Assembly (NCBI GenBank): GCA_965203295.1
Contig: CBDBCZ010000013.1
Location: forward strand, 576,001 to 640,000
Direction of reading: 5' to 3'
Origin: Nitrospirales bacterium
Lineage (GTDB): Bacteria > Nitrospirota > Nitrospiria > Nitrospirales > UBA8639
Length of the DNA stretch: 64,000 nt
Positions 48,730 through 59,600 of this stretch are shown here, one piece after another. Position numbers and translations under genes: made by a program. The notes beneath the pieces were generated by a model. It saw only the letters and a list, made by a program, of their open reading frames with translations, did not search any database and was not told where the DNA came from. Position 1 is the stretch's first letter. Each line of letters begins with the position of its first letter.

Positions 48730-51700
48730 GGAGAACTAGCGCTGTCAGGACCACTCTATCCTCACCTGCTCTAAATAACACTCATGCAAAGTTCTTAGCA
48801 TTGTTACAGCCTCAATACTAAGACCAGCTAAGAACTAGTAAAATGAATTTACAATTGGGATACTGGTGTACGTAATTAGACTATATACGTGGAGAGTACA
48901 TACAGTTTCCGAGTGCTCCCCACCCACCCACTTCTCAAGTGGTGTCACCCAATGAGAAGAGTAAATCCCTTTTTCAAGTTGCAACGCACAAAATTTCAAA
49001 GATCCTAGTCATCTACTACAAGTATGTGCATTAATGACAGTCTAGGATGCGAAAATAGCCAGCGAAATGAACAATGATGCTAAAGGGTTGAAAAGTGGCT
49101 TTTAAACACCATTGTGAATTCTCAGAAGAGCAAGTGAAAATTCTGTCAGGACCACTCTATCCTCACCTCCTCTAAATACCACTCATGCAAAGTTCTTAGC
49201 ATTGTTACAGCCTCAATACTAAGACCAGCTAAGAACTAGTAAAGTGAATTTTTAATTTGGATACTGGCATACGTAATTAGACTATATGTGGAAGTGACAC
49301 AGCCTCCTGGTGCTCCCCACCCACCCACTCGACTAGTGGTGTCACCCAATGAGAAGAGTAAATCTCTTCTTCAAGTTGCAACGTACGAAAGTACAAAGTT
49401 CCGAGTCATCTACTACAAGTATGTGCATTATTGACAGTCTAGGATGCGGAAATAGCCAGTCAAAGACACAATGGTGCTAACGGGATAAAAAGTGGCACTT
49501 AAGCACCATTGTGAATTCTCCAAAGAGCAAGTGAAAATTCTCAGACATAAAAGCATTTAATACCTCTCCATATTAGTAGCTATCTGTGATACAGGTTTAG
49601 ATGACTTGCTAGCAAGGTATCTTTTCTGCTCACCTTGTAATCTCATTAAAGGTCAGAGGGCATCTCAAACCCTGGAGAACTAGCGCTGTCAGGACCACTC
49701 TATCCTCACCTCCTCTAAATGCCACTCATGCAAAGTTCTTAGCATTGTTACAGCCTCAATACTAAGACCAGCTAAGAAATAGTAAAATGGATTTTTAATT
49801 TGAATACTGGCATACGTAATTAGACTATATATGGAAGTGACACAGTCTCCGGGTGCTCCCCACCCACCCACTCGACTAGTGGTGTCACCCAATGAGAAGA
49901 GTAAATCTCTTCTTCAAGTTGCAACGTACAAAAGTACAAAGCTCTGAGTCATCTACTACAAGTATGTGCATTATTGACAGTCTAGGATGCGGAAATAGCC
50001 AGCGAAAGACACAGTGGTGCTAACGGGATAAAAAGTGGCACTTAAGCACCATTGTGAATTCTCCAAAGAGCAAGTGAAAATTCTCAGACATAAATGCATT
50101 TAAGACCTCTCCATATTAGTAGCTATCTGTAATATAGGTTTAGATGACTTGCTAGCAAGGTATCTTCCTGCTCACCTTTTAATCTCATTAAAGATCAGAG
50201 GGCATCTCAAACCCTGGAGAACTAGCAGGAACACTTTATCCTCACCTGCTCTAAATAACACTCATGCAAAGCTCTTAGGATTGTTACAGCCTCAATACTA
50301 AGACCAGCTAAGAACTAGTAAAATGGATTTTTAATTTGGATACTGGCATATGTAATTAGACTATAATATGTGGAGAGTGCATACAGTCTCCGGGTGCTCC
50401 CCACCCACCCACTTGACTAGTGGTGTCACCCAATGAGAAGAGTAAATCTCTTCTTCAAGTTGCAACGTACGAATGTACAAAGTTCCGAGTCATCTACTAC
50501 AAGTATGTGCATTAATGACAGTTTAGGATGCGAAAATAGCCAGCGAAAGACACATGGTGCTAACGGGATAAAAAGTGGCACTTAAGCACCATTGTGCAGT
50601 TTCCACAGTATTATCTATCTCTGGTACAAGATTACTATGCAGCTGTCATCATCAGGGGTAGAGTGAGGTGTTACAAAAGTACTGCTTAAAACAAGGCGAA
50701 GTAGTGAATAATTAATAACGAGCGAATAATTAGGATAGTAGGAAAATGAGGACTGAAAGAAAACAGGGAATAGAGTCAGGTATAGTGGGAGGCTGGATTA
50801 GTGAATTGTAGGCCTGATGGACAAGACCAAGTTCCTGGGATGGTGCTATGATTGGATGTGCCATACCCGAATGGTACATCATTGGCTAAAGGCCAGGGTT
50901 GGAATCCGTAACATCCACCTCACTCAATGTAATGCTGTGGTGCTTCACCATTGCATGCTCAGCAAGGATAGATCTGAGTCATCTACTACAAATATGTGCC
51001 TTCATGACAGTCTAGAAAGCGAACATAGCTAGAGAAAGACACATGGTGCTAGTGGTATGAAAAGTGGCACTTTAAGCACCATTGTAAATTCTCCAAATAG
51101 CAAGTGAAAATTCTCAGCCATACATATATGCAAGGCCTCTCCACAATAGTAGCTATCTCTGATACAGGTTAAGAAAACTTGCTAGCAAGAAAGATCTGCA
51201 TCATCGACTGCAAATTAGTGCTTTCATGTCCATCTAGGAAATAAAAATACGAGGCGAAAGACACATAGTGCTAAAGGGTTGAAAAGTGGCACTTAAGCAC
51301 CATTGTGAATTCTCCAAAGAGCAAGTGAAAATTCTCAGACATAAATGCATTTAAGACCTCTCCATATTAGTAGCTATCTGTGATACAGGTTTAGATGACT
51401 TGCTAGCAAGGTATCTTCTCTGCTCACCTTTTAATCTCATTAAAGGTCAGAGGGCATCTCAAACCCTGGAGAACTAGCGCTGTCAGGACCACTCTATCCT
51501 CACCTGCTCTAAATAACACTCATGCAAAGTTTTTAGGATTGTTACAGCCTCAATACTAAGACCAGCTAAGAACTAGTAAAATGGAATTTTAATTTGGATA
51601 CTGGCATACGTAATTAGACTATTATGTGGAGAGTGCATACAATCTCCGGGTGCTCCCCACCCACCCACTCGACTCGTTTTGTCACCCAATGAGAAAAGTT

Positions 51701-54700
51701 AATCTCTTCTTCAAGTTGAAACGTACGAAAGTACAAAGCTCCGAGTCATCTACTACAAGTATGTGCATAATAGACAGTCTAGGATGCGAAAATAGCCAGC
51801 GAAATACACAATGGTGCTAACTGCATAAAAAGTGGCACTTAAGCATCATTGTGAATTCTCCAAAGAGCAAGTGAAAATTCTCAGACATAAATGCATTTAA
51901 GACCTTTCCATATTAGTAGCTATCTGTAATACAGGTTTAGATGACTTGCTAGCAAGGTATCTTCTCCGCTCACCTTGTAATCTCATTAAAGGTCAGAATG
52001 CATCTCAAACCCTGGAGAACTAGTGCTGTCAGGAACACTCTATCCTCACCTGCTCTAAACAACACTCATGCAAAGCTCTTAGGATTGTTACAGCCTCAAT
52101 ACTAAGACCAGCTAAGAACTAGTAAAATGGATTTTTAATTTGGATACTGGCATACGTAATTAGACTATATGTGGAGAGTGCATACACTCTCCTGGTGCTC
52201 CCCACCCACCCACTCGACTAGTGGTGTCACCCAATGAGAAGAGTTAATCTCTTCTTCAAGTTGCAATGTACGAAAGTACAAAGCTCCGAGTCATCTACTA
52301 CAAGTATGTGCATTAATGACAGTTTAGGATGCGAAAATAGCCAGCGAAAGACACATGTTGCTAACGGGATAAAAAGTGGCACTTAAGCACCATTGTGCAG
52401 TTTCCACAGTATTATCTATCTCAGGTACAAGATTACTATGCAGCTGTCATCATCAGGGGTAGAGTGAGGTGTTACGAAAGTACTGCTTGAAACAAGGCAA
52501 AGTAGTGAATAATTAAAAACGAGCGAATAATTAGGATAGTAGGAAAATGAGGACTGAAAGAAAATAGGGAATAGAGTCAGGTACAGCGGGGAGGCTGGAT
52601 TAGTGAATTGTAGGCATGATGGACAAGACCAAGTTCCCGGGATGGTGCTATGATTGGATGTGCCATACCCGAATGGTACATCATTGGCTAAAGGCCAGGG
52701 TTGGAATCCGTAACATCCACCTCACTCAATGTAATGCTGTGGTGCTTCACCATTGCACGCTCAGCAAGGATAGATCTGAGTCATCTACTACAAATATGTG
52801 CCTTCATGACAGTCTAGAAAGCGAACATAGCTAGAGAAAGACACATGGTGCTAGTGGGATGAAAAGTGGCACTTTAAGCACCATTGTAAATTCTCCAAAC
52901 AGCAAGTGAAAATTCTCAGCCATACATATATGAAAGGCCTCTCCACAATAGTTGCTATCTCTGAAACAGGTTAAGAAAACTTGCTAGCAAGAAAGATCTG
53001 CATCATCGACTGCAAATTAGTGCATTCATGTCAATCTAGGAAATAAAAATACCCAGCGAAAGACACATAGTGCTAAAGGGTTTAAAAGTGGCACTTAAGC
53101 ACCATTGTGAATTCTCCAAAGAGCAAGTGAAAATTCTCAGACATAAATGCATTTAAGACCTCTCCATATTAGTAGCTATCAGTGATACAGGTTTAGATGA
53201 CTTGCTAGCAAGTTATATTCTCTGCTCACCTTTTAATCTCATTAAAGGTCAGAGGGCATCTTAAACCCTGGAGAACTAGCGCTGTCAGGACCACTCGATC
53301 CTCACCTGCTCTAAATAACACTCATGCAAAGTTTTTAGGATTGTTACAGCCTCAATACTAAGACCAGCTAAGAACTAGTAAAATGGATTTTTAATTTGGA
53401 TACTGGCATACGTAATTAGACTATTATGTGGAGAGTGCATACAATCTCCGGGTGCTCCCCACCCACCCACTCGACTAGTGGTGTCACCCAATGAGAAGAG
53501 TTAATCTCTTTTTCAAGTTGCAACGTACGAAAGTAACAAGCTCCGAGTCATCTACTACAAGTATGTGCATTAATGACAGTTTAGGATGCGAAAATAGCCA
53601 GCAAAAGACACATGGTGCTAACGGGATAAAAAGTGGCACTTAAGCACCATTGTGCACAGTATTATCTATCTCTGGTACAAGATTACTATGCAGCTGTCAT
53701 CATCAGGGGTAGAGTGAGGTGTTACAAAAGTACTGCTTGAAACAAGGCGAAGTAGTGAGTAATTAAAAACGAGCGAATAATTAGGATAGTAGGAAAATGA
53801 GGACTGAAAGAAAACAGGGAATAGAGTCAGGTACAGCGGGGAGGCTGGATTAGTGAATTGTAGGCCTGATGGACAAGACAAAGTTTTTGGGATGGTGCTA
53901 TGATTGGAAGTGCCATACCCGAATGGTACATCATTGGCTAAAGGCCAGGGTTGGAATCCGTAGCATCCACCTCACTCAATGTAATGCTGTGGTGCTTCAC
54001 CATTGCATGCTCAGCAAGGATAGATCTGAGTCATCTACTACAAATATGTGCCTTCATGACAGTCTAGAAAGCGAACATAGCTAGAGAAAGATACATGGTG
54101 CTAGTGGGATGAAAAGTGGCACTATAAGCACCATTGTAAATTCTCCAAATAGCAAGTGAAAATTCTCAGCCCTACATATATGCAAGGCCTCTCGACAATA
54201 GTAGCTATCTCTGATACAGGTTAAGAAAACTTGCTAGCAAGAAAGATCTGCATCTTCGACTGCAAATTAGTCCATTCATGTCATTCTAGGAAATAAAAAT
54301 ACCCAGCGAAAGACACATAGTGCTAAAGGGTTGAAAAGTGGCACTTAAGCACCATTGTGAATTCTCCAAAGAGCAAGTGAAAATTCTCAGACATAAATGC
54401 ATTTAAGACCTCTCCATATTAGTAGCTATCTGTGATACAGGTTTAGATGACTTGCTAGCAAGGTATCTTCTCTGCTCACCTTGAAATCTCATTAAAGGTC
54501 TGAGGGCATCTCAAACCCTTGAGAACTAGCGCTGTCAGGACCACTCTATCCTCACCTGCTCTAAATAACGCTCATGCAAAGCTCTTAGGATTGTTACAGC
54601 CTCAATACTAAGACCAGCTAAGAATTAGTAAATGGATTTTTAATTTGGATACTGGCATATGTAATTAGACTATATGTGGAGTGTGCATACAGACTCCGGG

Positions 54701-57700
54701 TGCTCCCCACCCACCCACTTGACAAGTGGTGTCACCCAATGATAAGAGTTAATCTCTTCTTCAAGTTGCAACGTACGAAAGTACAAAGCTCCGAGTCATC
54801 TACTACAAGTATGTGCATTAATGACAGTTTAGGATGCGAAAATAGCCAGCGAAAGACACATGGTGCTAACGGGATAAAAAGTGGCACTTAAGCACCATTG
54901 TGCAGTTTCCACTGTATTATCTATCTCTGGTACAAGATTACTATGCAGCTGTCATCATCAGGGGTAGAGTGAGGTGTTACAAAAGTACTGCTTGAAACAA
55001 GGCGAAGTAGTGAATAATTAAAAACGAGCGAATAATTAGGATAGTAGGAAAATGAGGACTGTAAGAAAACAGGGAATAAAGTCAGGTACAGCGTGGAGGC
55101 TGGATTAGTGAATTGTAGGACTGATGGACAAGACCAAGTTCCTTGATGATGGGATGGTGCTATGATTGGATGTGCCATACCCGAATGGTACATCATTGGC
55201 TAAGGCCAGGGTTGGAATTCGTAACATCCGCCTCACTCCATGTAATGCGGTGGTGCTTCACCATTGCATGCTCAGCAAGGATAGATCTGAGTCATCTACT
55301 ACAAATATGTGCCTTCATGACAGTCTAGAAAGTGAACATAGCTAGAGAAAGACACATGGTGTTAGTGGGATGAAAAGTGGCACTTTAAGCACCATTGTAA
55401 ATTCTCCAAATAGCAAGTGAAAATTCTCAGCCATACATATATGCAAGGCCTCTCCACAATAGTAGCTATCTCTGATACAGGTTAAGAAAACTTGCTAGCA
55501 AGAAAGATCTGCATCATCGACTGCAAATTAGTGCATTCATGTCAATCTAGGAAATAAAAATACCCAGCGAAAGACACATAGTGCTAAAGGGTTTAAAAGT
55601 AGCACTTAAGCACCATTGTGAATTCTCCAAAGAGCAAGTGAAAATTTTCAGACATAAATGCATTTAAGACCTCTCCATATTAGTAGCTATCTGTGATACA
55701 GGTTTAGATGACTTGCTAGCAAGGTATCTTCTCTGCTCACCTTGTAATCTCTTTAAAGGTCAGAGGGCATCTCAAACACTGGAGAACTAGCGCTGTCAGG
55801 AACACTCTATCCTCACCTTCTCTAAATAACGCTCATGCAAAGTTCTTAGGATTGTTACAGCCTCAATACTAAGACCAGCTAAGAATTAATAAATGGATTT
55901 TTAATTTGGATACTGGTATATGTAATTAGACTATTTGTGGAGAGTGCATACAGTCTCCGTGTGCTCCCCACCCACCTACTTGACAAGTGGTGTCACCCAA
56001 TGAGAAGAGTTAATCTCTTCTTCAAGTTGCAACGTATGAAAGTACAAAGTTCTGAGTCATCTACTACAAGTATGTGCATAATTGACAGTCTAGGATATAA
56101 AAATACCCAGCGAAAGACACATAGTGCTAAAGGGTTGAAAAGTGGCACTTAAGCACCATTGTGAATTCTCCAAAGAGCAAGTTAAAATTCTGAAACATAA
56201 ATGCATTTAAGACCTCTCCATATTAGTAGCTATCTGTGATACAGGTTTATGACTTGCTAGCAAGGTATCTTCTCTGCTCACCTTTTAATCTCATTAAAGG
56301 TCAGAGGGCATCTCAAACCCTGGAGAACTAGCGCTGTCAGGACCACTCTATCCTCACCTGCTCTAAATAACACTCATGCAAAGTTTTTAGGATTGTTACA
56401 GCCTCAATACTAAGACCAGCTAAGAACTAGTAAAATGGATTTTTAATTGGGATGCTGGCATACGTAATTAGACTATATGTGGAGAGTGCATACAGTCTCC
56501 GGGTGCTCCCCATCCACCAACTCGACTAGTGGTGTCACCCAATGAGAAGAGTAAATCTCTTCTTCAAGTTGCAACGTACGAAAGTACAAAGCTCCGAGTC
56601 ATCTACTACAAGTATCTGCATAATTGACAGTCTAGGATGCGAAAATAGCCAGTGAAATACACAATGATGCTATCGGGATAAAAAGTGGCACTTAAGCACC
56701 ATTGTGAATTCTCCAAAGGCAAGTAAAAATTTTCAGACATAAATGTATTTAAGACCTCTCCATATTAGTAGCTATCTGTGATACAGGTTTAGATGACTTG
56801 CTAGCAAGGTATCTTCTCTGCTCACCTTGTAATCTCATTAAAGGTCAGAGGTCATCTCAAACCCTGCAGAACTAGCGCTGTCAGGAACACTCTATCCTCA
56901 CCTGTTCTAAATAACGCTCATGCAAAGCTCTTAGGATTGTTACAGCCTCAATACTAAGACCAGCTAAGAACTAGTAAAATGGATTTTTAATTTGGATACT
57001 GGCATATGTAATTAGACTATATGTGGAGAGTGCATACAGTCTCCGGGTGCTCCCCACCCACCCACTTAACAAGTGGTGTCACCCAATGAGAAGAGTTAAT
57101 CTCTTCTTCAAGTTGCAACGTACGAAAGTACAAAGCTCCGAGTCATCTACTACAAGTATGTGCATTAATGACAGTTTAGGATGCGAAAATAGCCAGCGAA
57201 AGACACATGGTGCTAACGGGATAAAAAGTGGCACTAAGCACCATTGTGCAGTTTCCACAGTATTATCTATCTCTGGTACAAGATTACTATGCAGCTGTCA
57301 TCATCAGGGGTAGAGTGAGGTGTTACAAAAGTACTGCCTGAAACAAGGCGAAGTAGTGAATAATTAAAAACGAGCGAATAATTAGGATAGTAGGAAAATG
57401 AGGACTGAAAGAAAACAGGGAATAGAGTCAGGTACAGCGGGGAGGCTGGATTAGTGAATTGTAGGCCTGATGGACAAGACCAAGTTCCTGGGATGGTGCT
57501 ATGATTGGATGTGCCATACCCGAATGGTACATCATTGGCTAAAGGCCAGGGTTGGAATCCGTAACATCCACCTCACTCCATGTAATGTTGTGGTGCTTCA
57601 CCATTGCATGCTCAGCAAGGATAGATCTGAGTCATCTACTACAAATATGTGCCTTCATGACAGTCTAGAAAGCGAACATAGCTAGAGAAAGACACATGGT

Positions 57701-58654
57701 GCTATGGGATGAAAAGTGGCACTTTAAGCACCATTGTAAATTCTCCAAACAGCAAGTGAAATTCTCAGCCATACATATATGCAAGGCCTCTCCACAATAG
57801 TAGCTATCTCTGATACAGGTTAAGAAAACTTGCTAGCAAGAAAGATCTGTGTCATCGACTGCAAATTAGTGCATTCATGTCCATCTAGGAAATAAAAATA
57901 CCCAGCGAAAGACACATGTGCTAAAGGGTTGAAAAGTGGCATATTTTAAGCACCATTGTGAATTCTCCAAAGAGCAAGTGAAAATTCTCAGACATAAATG
58001 CATTTAAGACCTCTCCATATTAGTAGCTATCTGTGATACAGGTTTAGATGACTTGCTAGCAAGGTATCTTCTCTGCTCACCTTTTAATCTCATTAAAGGT
58101 CAGAGGGCATCTCAAACCCTGAAGAACTAGCGCTGTCAGGACCACTCTATCCTCACCTGCTCTAAATAACACTCATGCAAAGTTTTTAGGATTGTTACAG
58201 CCTCAATACTAAGACGAGCTAAGAACTAGTAAAAAGGATTTTTAATTGGGATACTGGCATACGTAATTAGACTATTTGTGGAGAGTGCATACAATCTCCG
58301 GGTGCTCCCCACCCACCCACTCGACTGGTGGTGTCACCCAATGAGAAGAGTTAATCTCTTCTTCAAGTTGCAACGTACGAAAGTACAAAGCTCCGAGTCA
58401 TCTACTACAAGTATGTGCATTATTGACAGTCTAGGATGCGGAAATAGCCAGTCAAAGACACAATGATGCTAACGGGATAAAAAGTGGCATTTAAGCACCA
58501 TTGTGAATTCTCCAAAGAGCAAGTGAAAATTCTCAGACATAAATGCATTTAAGACCTCTCCATATTAGTAGCTATCTGTAATACAGGTTTAGATGACTTG
58601 CTAGCAAGGTATCTTCTCTGCTCACCTTTTAATCTCATTAAAGGTCAGAGGGCA
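48730..58654 (-). repeat. Right satellite array, inverted orientation (5 B units)
   Basis: Same A/B monomers on the opposite strand; B marker at about 50817, 52616, 53869, 55130 and 57470. Confidence 0.95.
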
Positions 58655-58671
58655 TTGTGGAAGGTCAATGT

Positions 58672-58969
58672 CATCCAATTGTGGATGGTTTTAATAACTG
58701 TTAACATTCATCCAATTGTGGATGGTCTTTAGAGCTGTAAAATTCATCCAATTGTGGATGGTCAATGTCATCCAATTCTGGAAGTTAATAATTGCCGTCC
58801 AATTATGGATGGTCGAAATCATCCATTTTCAGATGTTTATTAGTCATGCAGCCCCTCTATTGAAAAAAGGTAAAAAAAAACATCCATTTTTGGATGAAAA
58901 TGTTTCATTTGTTAGAGTCATCCAAAAGTGGATGAATATTGGGCGCCAATAAACATCCATTTTTGGAAG
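58672..58969. repeat. Array of nine 16-bp palindromes CATCCA-N4-TGGATG
   Basis: Copies start at 58672, 58709, 58745, 58769, 58796, 58820, 58881, 58919 and 58954 (some with 1-2 mismatches). Confidence 0.85.
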
Positions 58970-59409
58970 TGGACCTTACCTGCTGTCAGGAACACCCCAT
59001 CAGTACATACTAAAGATAACAACACTCAAGCACAGTTCTTAGGATCGTTACAGCCTCATTACTAAGACCAGCTAAGAACTAGTATGATGAATATTTAATT
59101 TGGATACTGGTATAGTTAATTCTATGTGGAGAGTGTGTACAATCTTTGGGTGCTCTCTCCCTCCCCGGCCCACAAATGGTGTCACCTAAGGAAGTGTGGA
59201 TCCCTTCTTCTAGTTGCAATGTACAAAGATTCAAAGATCTGAGTCATCTACTACAAGTATGTGCATTCATGAGATCTAGGATACAAAAATAGCCCGCAAA
59301 AGACACATGGTGCTACATGTAATGGGATGAAAAGTGGCACTTTAAGCACCATTGTAAATTCTCTAAAGAGCGAGTGAAAACTCTCCGACCTAAATGTATT
59401 TAAGACCTC

Positions 59410-59600
59410 TAGGTGTCTTTTCTTCCCGATGTGCATAGTGAGTGGTGTCTAACCAACGCAGGTGATGTCACAGTCAGCACACGGGATTCGGTGCACGACT
59501 CCCTTCCTCTGGTCAACATTACTGGATCTTTCGGAAGGACAAGGATGTTGGGCAAGGTCATGAGAGGTCGGAAACATGTCATGATCTGGATGGGGTTAAA
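59410..59600 (-). pseudogene. Mirror copy of the Penelope-like GIY-YIG fragment
   Basis: Reverse strand reads DQRKGVVHRIPCADCDITCVG*T. Confidence 0.75.

Noticed and set aside
26156..58654. Dozens of recurring 60-120 aa ORFs (MDKTKFLGW..., MESAYNLRVLP...) as a tandem gene family
   Set aside because: They are chance frames of satellite monomers, often broken by stops or indels. The MDKTK frame is antisense to the real Penelope-like relic.
58672..58969. CRISPR array
   Set aside because: Repeats are only 16 bp, spacer lengths are irregular and partly related to each other, there are no cas genes, and the context is spliced eukaryotic DNA.
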